This document shows, piece by piece, positions 1 to 13,949 of a stretch of DNA of 64,000 bases (its first letter is position 1; each line of letters starts with the position of its first letter). The DNA comes from Callorhinchus milii. Taxonomy: Eukaryota. The notes under the pieces are model-generated. The model did not search any database and was not told where the DNA came from. It saw only the letters and a list, made by a program, of their open reading frames with translations. A program made the position numbers and the translations under genes. Where the stretch lies: contig NW_024704742.1 in the NCBI RefSeq assembly GCF_018977255.1, forward strand, positions 30,692,001-30,756,000, given 5' to 3'.

Positions 1-284
1 ACCAAATCATTTCAGTTCTGCTCATTAGGATCCAGAATGGCTTCAACCATATCCATGTCCCTGTTTCCCAACAGTAGACGACTAGGGAATGGCTGCACTG
101 TTGGTGTATTCAAGAACAACTCTCATTTCCCCTTGCTAGACCATTATGGATCCAAGCTTAAATAATAAACACATCAAGGTTATTTTCCCCCACTCCCTTT
201 CCCCAATGGGATCAGTAGGGATCAGTCCTGCTACAACTTCCAAAGAATATATAATAAATAATTATAAGAATAACAATCCTTGAG

Positions 285-556
285 CCAGGTATCTGACACA
301 TGTGGAAACGCATTACCAGGCTTAAGAGTATCCAAACACAGTCCACCTACACATGGAAATGCCAGAGATAGATTGTTGGAATGGAATGCGCACTCTCTCA
401 CTGGAGGAAAGCATCCTGCTTATCTAATTCCAGAAAGTATTAGGCGCAGGTTGGCAAGAGCCAAGGCTTGGAGACCCAGAGTGTGTGTTGGAGTACTGTC
501 AGAATCTAACCAGCTAAAACTGCATAGCTTGCTACTGATATTGCTTTCTGGCAAGC
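285..556 (-). mobile_element. Copy of the poly(A) retroposon
   Basis: Shares cttaagagtatccaaac, ttgttggaatggaatgcgc and ggttggcaagagccaaggcttgg with the other copies. Confidence 0.75.
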
Positions 557-1354
557 ATCAGGTATAGCGCCTTATCAGATCAAAATATGTCGAAGACATC
601 TGCCTGGCTCAGTTGGCAGCACACACACCTCCGAGTCAGAAGGTTGCAAGTTCAAACCTCACATTAGGATTTTGAACTCAATAGAGATGCAATTGTTTTT
701 CTACTCAGATTTACAGGAATCTGATGCCCCTCCTCAACAAATTTACATAAGTCATTCCTGAATAAAGAGATCCTTTCACCTGTAATGTTGCTGCTCCAGT
801 CATATTACTGATGATTGTCTGTTATGACATGGGAAAGTAACAGCAAGTGAATGAAAAGGAGGAGTTACTTTTTTTACTTTGTGAAGGGCCAAGGTCAAAA
901 AAGAACAACATAGTTCTGAGCAAATTGCCAGATATACCCTCCTACTAGTTGGTTCTGTTCCTTTACCAATATTATTCTTCCTTTTGCTCTAGAGGATGTA
1001 CGTGATGTTGTGACTGGAAGAGAATGTGCAGCTGAAGATAGAGACAGATGGAGTTAAGAATGCTAGATTTACAGCTGACAGAAGGCACAATGGCAGTATA
1101 ATCATCAAATGAAGTTCACACTACAGAAAAGGTGTTCTGATAAATCGTTCTGATGCTACCTCCTCCACTATAACGATCTGCATAGAGTTACAAAGGGCGA
1201 TGATAAAGCACAGAAACAGGCTATTCAACCCAACTGTGAAAAGGTGTTATATCAAATGCAAAGATTATTATAACTAATCCACGCGAGCCTCCACCCCTTC
1301 TGTTCCCCTCACCTCTATTTCCTTCTTCCTCACGTATGCGACAAGTTTATTCTT

Positions 1355-1667
1355 AATAATAATAATCCTTGCATTTGATATAGTGCTTTTCACGTCTTCT
1401 AGACATCCCAACGCGCTTCACAGAATATACTGTAAAGTGAATTGACTGTATATTTGTGGGCGAACGCGGCAGCCAATTGCGCACAGCAATGTCCCACAAA
1501 CAGTCGTAGATTGAAAATGACCAATTTATTATTGTTTTTGTTTTTTGGAGGGATTATTATTAGGCGTGTGGAGTAAGGAAACTTGCCCAAGGTTTCGCCC
1601 TGCCTGGAATTGAACTCAGGTCTCTCACTTGCAAAGCAAGTGCTCTAACCACTGAGCTACAGGACTC
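1355..1667 (-). mobile_element. Young tRNA(Ala-like)-headed DeuSINE, full length
   Basis: Pol III A/B-box head (TAGCTCAGTGG, GTTCAATTCC), Deu-like core (ctgtttgtgggacattgctgtgcgcaattggctgcc), L2-like 3' end and (TTA)n tail. Confidence 0.9.
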
Positions 1668-3554
1668 TTAAAAACATTAAGTACATTGATCTGCTTTGAT
1701 CTAATTCACTGATCTGATCTTTCCTTACACCCTATAATTTATTTTTTATTCATCCAATTCCCTTTTAAACATCTTTGTGGTATGGCCTTATCAAAGTTAT
1801 TAAAGTTTCAAAGGCACTCAACTGAAGAAACGCATAAGATGAAACATCCAATTATTCAGAACCAACCTAATGAGCCAGATATTGGAGGCACACAGATTTA
1901 TTGTGTCTTACAGTGAGTCTTAGCAGCTGATGTACCCATGCCCATCTAAAGAGCAATACTACTTCAAGGCCATTCACTGCAAGTCCCAGCTCACGCTAAT
2001 ACAGTAGCAGATGCGATGGCCCAAAGCACTTATATGCCACGCCTCAAACAGGCTGAGCTTAAGACATCTTCCTCCAGATCCTCTCAGTCTCAACCACAGT
2101 GTAGAAAACATTAGTCTCAGTTGGACTCCAGGGGCAGATGCATAACCAGCACTTTACATGCTGCAGGACAGGCAAAGACTGACATTCCACTTAATTACAA
2201 CACTACATCAGCTCTCAAACTTATCCAGATGGTCTACAACATCAATGATACTTGTCCTCTTCAAACTATGAGGAAATATTCTCTCTTCCAAGACACTGTT
2301 AACCCAAATAACCACATTAAGCTACATATTCACAAACTACTCTTCTGTGCAACCACACAGGTGCAGCTCTTTCCTGCTGCTTATTTGTACAGCACCACCC
2401 TACCATTCGGATCTGAGTTGGATGAATCCCTGCCCCCCGTAACTGGTCTGCCCCTCCATATCATGCCAATGAGCCAGGATAGCTGGTCTTCAGCAAGGCA
2501 CTGTGGACTCACCTGGCTCAGGAATTGGACTATCGAGACCATTGCAGAGGATTGACTCGATTCCGATATTCTGTATCAAAGCAAGTCACCTTGGAGGTAG
2601 TTCAGCTCCAAGGAGATTTTTTTACCTACCCCCAACAGGAGAATTCAAATGATTGCGATTTTCCCATAAGATGTTAACACTGCCAATGTCAAAAGGTCTG
2701 CAATACCACAACTCGTCTATCGTGGTTCAGTTGTTGTACTGCAGTGCCTTGATAGTCACAAGTTGGTCATTTGACATCCTCCTTGAAAGTGCAGTGTTTT
2801 CTTACATAATTCAACAATGTAAAAATGTTCACTCTTCTGTCAAGTACAATTCTTTAAAAATAAATACATTATAGTGAACTGTGCCGGATAATATTCAGAC
2901 TGTAACCTCCCCCGCAACACAGATTAGCTTCCCTATGCCAGCTCCAGGGATATTTCCTATCCAGGCTGTCGTCAACTGGTCCAGGAACACAACACCTGTC
3001 TGTAAAATTCCCAACCTGATCTCCATGATCCAGAACAGAAAAGGCATCACGCTGAATGCTCTGCTGCATATTTCTATTTACAATCATTCAGATTCTGTAA
3101 TTCTTCCAATTTCCCTCTCTCCCTCTCTCTTGTGGAGTCGTGGGAATAGTTCAGTTATGTGACCAGTGTAAAAGAGGTGTGATGAATTTTATTTCCAGCT
3201 TTTGGGTAATTTTTGTGATGCCAGGTGTTTTCCTCCCTTTCAGATTCAGAACGTGAAATGCATGATACACCACGTTTTGAACATGGGGAGTTTGTGGACT
3301 CTATACACTTGATGTAACAATTATACGCACAATTTATGTGTGTGTATAATAGTACTATTCACCTTGGGAGAACATCTCAAAGCGTTTTACAAAGACTGAG
3401 TGAAAACCCTGAGCTGGGAGGGAGTTCGGGAAATGGGGAGGTGAAAGCACAGTCAGAGGTAGCTCTACAGGTGAAATTTGAAAACGGAGGAGTGATGTAA
3501 TCTCATTAACCAATTTCTACAGTAACACAGGCATCATTATATATTGAAAACAAA

Positions 3555-3800
3555 GGTAGACGTTAAAAGATCCCATGGCATAATTCAAAATGAGAAGGGA
3601 GTTTCTACTGTTGCCTGTCTGACAATACCAAAGGTTAAAATTGATTATTTGCTTTATGTTTTTTGTGGGGCATTGTGTGCATAAAATACTGCCACATTAG
3701 CTTACAAATGAAATCACTACACATTACAGTAAAATACTGTGAAGTGGTTCGAGATGTCTTGACAACATCATGGACTATATCAAATGCAGGATTATTATTA
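3555..3800 (+). mobile_element. Older DeuSINE 3' half
   Basis: gttaaaagatcccatggca through to atcaaatgcaggattattatt. Confidence 0.7.
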
Positions 3801-3824
3801 ATGTTAAATCATTGAAACATCTTA

Positions 3825-4065
3825 AAGGGCTTCCTGGGGCTTAGTGTAAAGTTCAGTGACTGTGTATTTTGTAGGCAAACGCTGCAGCCAATTTGCGGAC
3901 ACCAATGCACCACAAACGGCCAGTGAAAGACCAATTGTATCTGGGGAATTGTTAGCCAGGACTACAGGCGAAATTCCCTTCCCTTTTCAAATAGTGCCAT
4001 GGAATCTTTAATGTCCACCTGAATATCACATTCAAAGTATGGCTCTTCCAATAAAGCAGCACATC
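3825..4065 (-). mobile_element. Older DeuSINE fragment
   Basis: atagtgccatggaatctttaa motif and Deu core. Confidence 0.7.
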
Positions 4066-5226
4066 AGCATGACACCTAACCTTATACCCCGAGTTGACGA
4101 AAAGACTCAAATTATTTCAATAGAGGAATGGAGAAGAGAAAATTGGCAAGACAAAAAGTCCACAAGTCCTCACTTGCAAACTCTGCATTTTAAGAGAACT
4201 AAAATTTTGTGAATGAAAGTTCTGATAGAAGTAACCACCCAAATGATGTACAGATGTCAGGCACAGCTCTTGAAGACTGAGCAATTACTGCTGCCTTCTT
4301 GATTTGGCTTCAAGACAAATACAGTTAGGTTCAGCAAGCTTTTCACCCTGGTCCAAATACAAAGGCTTATATTTATAGAATGCCTTTTAAATGCAATGAA
4401 AAGTCTCAAGAGAACTTCACAGAATGAGATTAATTATTAAGTAAATTTTTTTTGGCAGTTGAATTTACACCAAGATCATCCTACAAACATCAACCAGATG
4501 AGTGGTCAATTTTGGGTCCATTTTGGATTCAGAAAGATTAGAAACCAGGATAAATAGGAGAAAGATTCCACGTTTACTTGGATTTGTGGCATGGGGAGGG
4601 GAAAGGAGTTTGCAGTGAGGGTGTCACTTAAGGTCCAATTGAGTCATAAGAAACATGGAACATAAACTGATGACTCAGGTCAAAAAAAGTATGATGATCT
4701 GAAAATAAATCAATAATATACTTGTATTTAAATAGGGTGCTGTCATGCAGACAAATTGTCCCCATGGCTTCTCTGCATAAAGTTTATACAATGAACTCCA
4801 GCCATTTAGCGGAGTAGATGCCAGCCACATAGTGGCAAACTCTATATTCTAATCCTCCACATTCAACTGGGTTGGGTTGTGGAAAACCATCTTGTAGCTA
4901 TAAACAAGGTTTCACTTCTGAGCTTTCTGGGCTGCAACCCATTTGTGATCGTCAGACAATCTGCTACCAGGCCTGAGCCTGGTGTGAGCTGCCCCACAGA
5001 AACCTGACCTTGCAATGGTGAAACCAGATCTGCAGAATTGACCCTCTGCCTTTTTCTTAGTCATGTTTCTGGTTCCTCACTCAACACATACGGTCACCTC
5101 GCTGGCAGTGAGAGAGCAATTCAGTTCACTTCCCAGATGCTACTTAATGAATCAGGCAATTCGATTCATCATCGGGGAACAGACTGCTGTTCCATATGAT
5201 CAACATCAGAGCAGAAATATTGTAGG

Positions 5227-5485
5227 TTTTTTTTTGTTTTTTTGGTTAGCCGAGTGTCTGACACATGTGGAAATCCATCACCAGGCTTAAGAGTATCCAA
5301 ACCAAACTGAGATTTCCATGCATCCCACCTAAACATGGAAATCCCAGAGATAAATTGTTGGAATGGAATGCGCAGTTTCTCCCTGGAGCAACGCATCCTG
5401 CTTATCTAATTCCAGAAATTTTTAGGCGCATGTTCGCGAGAGGCAAGGTTTGGAGACCCCAAAGTGTGCGTTGGGGTACTGCTGG
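5227..5485 (-). mobile_element. Copy of the poly(A) retroposon
   Basis: T-run at 5227-5243 followed by the same body. Confidence 0.8.
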
Positions 5486-6534
5486 TGATGTTGCAGAACA
5501 TCACCAAAATGCCATGTGAATTAACAACAACAACAAAATTACATTTATAGAGTGCCTTTCATATCGGGAGGATGTCCCAAGGCGCTGGGATTGAATTAAG
5601 GCTAAATCATAAATAATTTGCTCGATTACAAGGGCTTCCCAGAAGAACCTCATTCCACATAAACTGTTCCTCTTTTCTTCGGCGAATCCCTTGCTCTGTT
5701 GACAAATCTTTCTTTCACCCTTTCTAATGGTGTAGAATGCATAAATCCACATCTATTTTGCTCACAGATTCATCTTTGTTTTTATTTTAATCACTTTTTA
5801 AACTTATGAAAATGTGATGGCTTCATTTTGTGATAGAAGCACAGAGAAATAACAGTTTTGGTATTTCGAACATCTGCAGAGTGAAAAACGATTTAGCACT
5901 GCAAAACGGCAACCATTACAGTGTTGTCAAAAGTGCTTCCTGTGGAGAGAAACACTGATTTGAAATCCATCAGGAAGTGGTGGTTGTGGAACACATTACT
6001 GAGGGGAGTGAGAGGGAAGGCAAGGGGAACAGAATGAATCAATACACAAAAGGTCTCATCACACAGGTTCAAAACACAAATTAACATTAGAATTCCAGTC
6101 ACAACAGTTCAAGTGAGGAGCAATTTGGTCCTTTGCCCAGATTTTTATTTTAGGCCTCCTATTTACCACAGCTGGTCACAATAAGAGAACTGGATGCCCT
6201 ACATTAGTTTCCACTTTGATGATAATGCTACCTGCTGCCCCTATGCCAGCTTGCTGTCCATAAAGATGACTGCGATATGAGGCACACAGGAGTACCAAGC
6301 CTGGGCAACTCTGGAACTCCACATACCATGTGAAGGTCAAGATGACGTAGGCACTACTGCAGTGTCATTTGATTTGTTGTGGTACCTGTTATTCATTGTT
6401 GTGGTTTGTTGCTGCTTGCTACCACTGTGGTTGGTGTCAATCTCTTACCCACCACTCACAGAGGAGTCCTATCATTTAAGGTGCTACATGGTATAGACAG
6501 ACAATACCCCCCGGAGAGTATGTGATTTCAGAAC

Positions 6535-6895
6535 TACTAATGCTTGCATTTGATATAGTGCCTTATCACATCGTTGCAATGTCTCAATGCTCTTCACAGG
6601 ATTTACTGTAAAGAGGGATGACTGTGTATTTTGTGGGCAAAACGCAGCCGCTGGTTGCACACAGCAATGTCCCACAAACAGTCATGGATTGGAAGACAAT
6701 TTTATTTGGAGGATTGTTGGCCAGGACACCGGGAGAAACTCCCTTGTCTTTTCGTATAGTGCCATGGGATCTTTAACGTCTACCTGAACAGGCAGACGGG
6801 ATCTTGGTTTAACATATCAACCAAAGGGCGTCACCTCTGCAATACCACCCCCCAGCATTCCATTGCGGTGTCAACTTTGCCTGTGTGATTCCAAG
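6535..6895 (-). mobile_element. Older DeuSINE
   Basis: Tail, Deu core and atagtgccatgggatctttaacgtc motif. Confidence 0.8.
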
Positions 6896-7627
6896 TCCCG
6901 TCTTCATTTGAAACCAAATGAAAACAAAATGAAGCCAAAACACCGTCACAATGTTGCACAAAAAAATTATCAAATCTTGCTCAGGGATTCTGAAAGATAG
7001 TCCCAACTGAAGGATGAGTGTGTAAGCCTTAAAATCACATTCAAAAAACAGCTGACTCCTCTGTGGCCCTCCTCGTCTCTCCCACACACACGTATCAACC
7101 AACTTCAAACAAGGATAATAATAATACGGCATTTGTTATGTGTAAATCATACAAAATCTGACTAAAACATAACTTTACATAAGTCATACATGATACAACT
7201 TATGCAAATTTCACATAACTCATATTTTTCAGAAGTCATATTAAATGTATGATCCCAACTAATATGACCTATGTGAGGTTTACTATAATAATCTTTATGT
7301 ACCATGCATGCCAGGAGGAGATCTGAAAGCACTTCATATGATTTACTACTAAGTGATTATCTGGATCCACTGCTAATTTTCTCCTCAAGTTGTTCAACTC
7401 CTTTTTCCTTCCCCTGGGGTCAGTGCAACAGGTGCCGTTCAGCACCTCCTCCATTAAATGCCGTATTGAATATATAATGTATGTCTTGTTCAACATGTAA
7501 AAGTCTGCAAAGAGTCTGTCAGGATGTTCCTGTATCCTCAAGACCTTTCCCTTGAAATGTGAAATAGTCCAAGAGGAGCAGAGGAAATAAAAGCAAGAGA
7601 AAATTGCAAAAAGGAAAGGAAAATAAG

Positions 7628-8241
7628 CAAACAACAACAACAACAACAAGATTCCATTTATAAAGCGCCTTTCACGTCAGGAGGACGTCCCAATGCGCTG
7701 CACAATTGGGTCATGACCCGAGCAGGGGGGAAATGGCCAGGGTGAGGGGAGGGAAGGGAGGGAGCGAGGAGGGGGTAGAGAGTCGAGAGGGGAGCTGAAG
7801 GCACGGTCAAAGAGAAAGGTTTTGAGACCGGCCTTGAAGGAGGAAAGGGAGGAAGCAAGGCGAAGGCACTGGGGGATGGAGTTCCAGAGCCTGGGGGCTG
7901 AGAGGCTGAAGGCCCGACCACCGATGGTAGGGCGGTTGGGGCGGGGGACGTGGAGCAGACCGGAGCCGGAGGAACGGAGGGTACGGGCAGGTAGGTAGGG
8001 GGATAGTAGGTTGGAGAGGTAGGAGGGAGCAAGGCCGTGAATGGCCTTGTAGGTGAGGATGAGGATCTTGAAATCAATCCTCTGGGGGATGGGGAGCCAG
8101 TGGAGGCGAGCGAGGGTGGGAGTGATGTGGTCCCGAAGCCTGGTGCGGGACAGTACACGAGCTGCAGAGTTCTGAATGACCTGCAGCTTGTGGAGGGAGG
8201 TGGCGGGAAGGCCGGCGAGGAGAGAGTTCCCGAAGTCGACT
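7628..8241 (-). mobile_element. Young L2 LINE 3' end
   Basis: The minus strand encodes the L2 ORF2 C-terminus (LASLHWLP...FKILILTYK type), followed by 3'UTR and a (TTG)n tail. Confidence 0.9.
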
Positions 8242-8899
8242 GTTGATTATGTTAAAGAGTTAGTACTCACAATTTTGCAATTTTCTCTTGCTTTTAATTT
8301 GGAAGCTATCATTGGGGCAACTCAAAACCTTTGAAGATCCCTTTAATATTCCAATTAATCAAAATTACTGCAGAATTCAGCCCAATTCTGGTGACTTTTG
8401 CGCTAAGAAAGTTATTACTGAAATTGCCAAAGTTATAACCATCTCACTTATTCCTGATGTTCCGATTAGAATTATATGTGACAATGAGACATAAGAATGA
8501 ATCATATGGTTTGAGACAATTACAGGAATTCAACACAATTACTGGGAATTTATACAACTAATGAACTGCAGTGAAACAGATTCAAAGCAAACACAAAATA
8601 AATTTGATTTTCATTTGCTAAGAGGATGATAAAAGGATTATGGTCATCACTTTCATAGCATTCAATAATTTAAAGCAATTCAGAGAAAAGAAAATGAATC
8701 AATTGGTGGAATATTTGGCTGTAAATTCTGCAAGGATTATTGTAATGCATTGCCTACAGGAAATATGTACATATCATCCTGGTTTCCAGAAGGCCTTCAG
8801 CAATAGCAAATTAATGCTTTTGCTTGATGAAGTCATTCAGATGCTAATGCCTAAGGGGACCTGAAAGCCATCACTTCTATTTAGACTTCCTCTTAATAA

Positions 8900-9212
8900 A
8901 TAATAAAATAATCCAGGCATATGATACAGCACCTTTCACCATGGGAGAGCATATCAAAGCACTTCACAGGATTTACTGTAAAGTGCAGTGACTGTGTATT
9001 CTATAGGTGAACCCGACAGCCAATTTTGCACACAGCAATGTCCCACAAACAGCCGTGACGTGAATGCCCAATTTGTTTTTATTTGAGGGATTATTGGCCC
9101 AGGACCCTGAGAGAACCTCCCTTCACTTTTCAAATTTGTGCCATGAGATCTTTAACATCCACCTGACATGCAGACGGGACCGTGGTTGACTGTCTGATCT
9201 GAATGGCACCAG
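8900..9212 (-). mobile_element. Older DeuSINE
   Basis: Same motifs as the 6535 copy. Confidence 0.75.
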
Positions 9213-10719
9213 TCTTAGAATGGAAGCTTTGAGATGCCTCACATGATACGATAAGGCGCTATATCAAATGCAAGGACTATTATTATTAAACAGGTTAGAA
9301 TCATAATGAGGCAGATAGGAAAGTGGTCTGAGGAAAGTCGAATCATTTGTATGTCTCTTATTTGTTTATGTAGGTCTTGGAAAGTTTTCTTTCTGACATC
9401 AGAAGGTCTATCTGACAGAGGATTTAGTCTCACTGACAATTCCTCACACTGTACATAGGTTGATACATGAAGCATCAGACTTGTCTTCTAAAGAGGGTCT
9501 GGGCTTCAATAGAAAATGTTGAAAATCTCCTGGGGACTCAGTGTAGGGCCTTCCTCCAAACCCATTTACAAAGTCCAGGATCAAGCTTACGTATGCATAA
9601 GCATGTAAAATTGTTCACATTTAACTATCAACACCTTGCGCATTTGCTGTATAATCAACGCAGCCGAAACCCTCGCCCACGCCTTCGTCGCTTCCCGGCT
9701 GGACTATTTCAATGGCTGGACTATTCCACTCCACCATCGGTGGCCGTGCCTTCAGCCACTACACCCCGAAACTCTGTAACTGTCAAGCACTCCGGGACAC
9801 TACTCCACGTGAAGGACTCCATATAAATGCAAGTAGTTATTATTGTTGCAAAATCCCTTATTGGCACTCAGAATTATAATAATAATTTTATATAGACCTT
9901 TCAAGTCAGGAGAATGTCCAAAAGCACTTCACAGTACACATCGTACTGTAAAGTGGAGTGTTTCGTGGAAAATTATGAAGTTTAGATTTAATTTACAACC
10001 TGCCTCTTGAACAGTGTAAAACCTGCGATGCTTCTGCTTTCAGCATCATGTCAGCTTAATGCTCACCTAATCTTCTAAGTAATTCATACCATGCCTTGGG
10101 AACAGTCCTCATGTGCAGTGGATGGACTGGACTTTCCTTGCATGCAACATTGACAAACGTTTACAAAGGAACACACTTGCTGTCAATATCCTGGACATCC
10201 AGTTATCAGTCCAACCAGACAATTGCCTATGAGCACGTCCAGGCTCAGTAATGCTGATTTGGAAATTTGCTATCTCCGCAACTATCCATTACCATCCTGA
10301 ATTGAAACACATTCCAAGTGAGAATATATAAATATCATGATGCATTTAATTTATTGCTAGCATAAAGTTAATAATTAATCTACTTTAAAATTTATTCTCT
10401 GCTGCATCCGTAATTAAAAAATACATACACCAAGAAAGAAAAAGCAGGCAGAGAACAATCATTTAATGGGGTTATGTGCCATGGCTATCAAGCCTACTGT
10501 GACACACTATCAGTGTTCTATTGATTTTGTTCACGTCTCTGTAATGCAATTACCAAACAATTTTTTTTTTGATGAGTTATTTTATTGACTTGCTTTCTTC
10601 AGCACAAAATATAATTCTGTAACTGAATCCACAGCAGATCAGGACTTTGGCTCAGCGAAGTGTACTGTGGATTAAGTAAAATCACCACAGTTTTGTCAGC
10701 CAAACTACACTATTGATCA

Positions 10720-11295
10720 CAAGACTGGTTTGGATGAAGAAGAGCCTTCGACCCATCTGATCTCATCCCTCCACAACCTCCACCCTAAAATCCTTCCACT
10801 AAAGCACCAAGCTGCTTTTTAAAAGACCTGGCATCAACCACCCTTCCTGGCAACTGTTCCTGTCATTAATTACCCTGGGTAAAGAAATATCTCCTGGTGT
10901 ATGTACTGAAATTGGTCCTTGCAACTCTAAATCTATGTCCTCTTGCTAGAAAGTTGTGGTGGCAAATCTTTTTGTACATCAATCTCTAAACCAGTGGTAG
11001 TCGAACCAAATCCATTTTTCTTGATTGAATATTTCTTGATTTGTGGCCACACCACAAATATCGCTACCCAGTAGCTACTGGTAACAAAATATTCATTTGA
11101 CATAGACTTACTGAGACCAGTGCGAATGTTCAGCTGGCCTTTTCGTGATGTTATGGGTTGGACACCACTGCTCTAGAGTCTTGTTATGTCCTAAAGTATT
11201 ATTCTACGTTTTATATTGTCAATCCCAAGTTTTAAAAAAAACATGTAGCTCTACAATGTCCCTTCCTCTTTGAGGCTTCTCCTTTCAAGACTGAG
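10720..11295 (-). mobile_element. Old CR1 3' end interrupted by a hAT MITE
   Basis: Antisense CR1 C-terminal motifs lie on both sides of 10992-11170. Confidence 0.55.
10992..11170. mobile_element. hAT (Charlie-like) MITE
   Basis: TIRs cagtggtagtcgaacc / ggttggacaccactg; 8-bp flanks ctctaaac (10984-10991) and ctctagag (11171-11178) resemble the NTCTAGAN Charlie target. Confidence 0.7.
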
Positions 11296-12099
11296 ATGGG
11301 TGCATATGACAGTCATAGAATATCTCTATTTAATCAGAAACAATGAAGGAGTTTTTTGGGTGCTTTTAGAAGGACAACCGGCTATTCAGCTTTGGGGGTA
11401 ATGACAATACACAAAGTTTTTTTTAAAATCACATTTGTGGCAATCTAGTAGTTTTAACAGATAAATAGTTTATGGATAGCTTTGACTAGATTACAATGTC
11501 ACATGCCAACTTTCATTTCAGAAACAAGCATTTACCCTATTCTTTTACAAAATCTTAATAATGTAGGAACCACAAGTTGCCGTGTATCAGTGATCTGATT
11601 TAAGATGGGAGGTTTTTAGATTTGCTTAGTAATGAACAGTAATAAAAGCAGGCTCAAAGCCATCTTACTGGAGAAGCTTTAATGCGACATATTTCAGGTG
11701 AAAATAGATTTTGTTTAGACTTTATAGATGCGTGGTAGGACCAGTGCTAGGTTGTCTCCTGTCCAAAGGAATATAGATTGTATGACACCCTTCCATAGTT
11801 CTGAAGGGCTATCCTGCATGAGGGGCGCTATATATATTTGTGTGTGTTTATATATATATATATATATGCAGTTGTTATTTATTGCTATTTGTTATATAAT
11901 GAAAATCTCTATTGTCAACTCAGCTCTCTGGCAAAAGTATCCCAAAGCTCATTCGATTGCCTTTCCTATACTACCAACTTGCTGGCTCAAATGCATTAAA
12001 TGCCAGCATTCGATATTGTAAATCTGCAAAAGCCTGATCACATTAAAATATCAAAGTGTTTCACAGGTTATTATAATAATCCTTACTTTTAAAGTGCAC

Positions 12100-12380
12100 T
12101 GAAGAACCTTTCTTAGAACAATATGTCAGGATGCTCAATGGAATAAATGCATTGCTTGATTTGATGTTGGCAATGAGCCAGAGCTGGTGAACGATTTGCA
12201 GGTAGGAGCACAATTAAGGAACAATGACTATAATATGATCAGGTTTCCTGTGAAAGCTGATAGAGTACAGGAGGAGCCCAGCATTATAAGTTACTGAACT
12301 GGAAAAGGGCAAATTTCATGGGAATAAAACATAGACTTTGTACAGATTAGATATGGGTCGAAATATTAACTGACAGGATG
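12100..12380 (+). mobile_element. CR1 endonuclease-region fragment
   Basis: LLDL...NEPELVNDLQVG...DYNMIRF and LNWKRANF remnants. Confidence 0.7.
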
Positions 12381-13244
12381 GCATGCTGACCTTCTCTTGC
12401 ACTACAAAGGCCCACTTCCAGTTTACCAGGTCACCACCCATGTCTCTTTAAAAACGTCCAACAGGGTTGATTAACATTCTAGACAGATAGCAAGACGTGT
12501 GACTACTGTCTCGCACACACCAGTTAAAACACACCTGCTGGTGGTTCTGTTTCAACCACAAATCATTCCTAAACTAACAGATTAACCAACCACTCACATG
12601 AAAGGAGAACAGCTGTAATAGAGAGTAAATAAACTCAGTAACACACGCTATTCTGTGAACAGTAATTTGAAAACTGCTTTATTGCACTTGCAGGAGAGCG
12701 ATGGTTCAAGAGTGTTTGAGCAGCCCTGTACGTGATAGGCATTCCCCCAACTTGTTTAAACACTCTGTTAACAATCCTATCATTGAAAATGTAATAGACA
12801 ACATTTTTCATAATAAATGTGTTTTATAATAGTGCAGTAAATTCTTCTACCCTGCTGGCAATTGTCCCACGAGTATTTATGCAGATCAGATGCTGAAAAA
12901 CTAAGTCCTTGCTTAACCACATGTTACATTTTCATCTTGAACTCCGTAGAAAGGCTTGTCCTCCCCCACAGCCTCCCTACCACCACCATCGCAGGACCAG
13001 CACTGCCTCTGCAACAACAACTTGCATTTACATAGCGCCCTTCTTGCGGGGCAGAATCTCGGATGACTTAACAGTTTCGGAGCCAAGTCTGGGGAAGGGA
13101 GAAGGTGACCGTAAGCACAGTCGAAGAGGAAGATCTTCAGTCATGATCTAAAGAAGGGAAGGAGGGGGAGCCATAGGGATTGAGGGAGAGAGCTCCAAAG
13201 CTTCAGGGCATAGTGGCTGAAAACACAGGAGTGAGTCTTAAAGC

Positions 13245-13602
13245 AGATCACAGGAATTATTGTAAAGTGTAACGACTGCGCAGTTTGTAGGCTAATCCAC
13301 CAGCCAATTTGCACACAGCAGTGTCCCACAAACAGCCATGAAGTGAATGACCAATTTTACCTTGGGGCTTGTTGGAAACCTCTTTTCTTTTTTCAGAATA
13401 GTACCATGAAATCTTTAACATCCACATGAACAGGCAGCTCAGTTTAACGTTTCATCCAAAGGACGGCAACTCAACGATTCTGGGGATCCCCAAAACTGCA
13501 TCAGAGTGGACCCTTGACTGTGGGTTTAAAGTCTTGATAAGGGGCTTGATCCCACAACTATCTAACTCAGAGACAAATGTGTGAGTGACCAACTGAGCCA
13601 CA
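13245..13602 (-). mobile_element. Older DeuSINE with head
   Basis: Deu core through to ccaactgagcc (head). Confidence 0.75.
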
Positions 13603-13949
13603 GTAGATCAAAGCAATGACCCACAATCAGGAAGTGAATGACCAATTTTACTTAGAGGATTGTTGGCCACCTCATGCATTTTGCCTTAAGAAACTCCTGC
13701 AGAATGAAGAGAAAGAACTTTTTTGAAAAAATAAATTGCCATCAGTAATATAGAAATATTACTCTTTCAAATCAATGGACTCATTTAGGTGATCGCTGTA
13801 AGAATAATTAAGCAGTTAGCATGTAATTAGGGGAGCTATTAAACTCCCCTCTTCTCTCTGTGGATATGAATCCATTAAAGAGAAAAATGAAGATCATGCT
13901 TCTGGTGTGTATTTTTTTCAGGGTATATTTCGGTTTGAATGGTGAGTAT

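Noticed and set aside
280..567. Recurrent similar ORFs (also 5265-5519 and 62085-62441) suggesting a gene family
   Set aside because: They are antisense readings of the poly(A) retroposon copies, with indels between copies
7269..7649. 126-aa minus-strand ORF
   Set aside because: Starts in an L2 tail at a non-ATG codon; no recognisable domain or good donor
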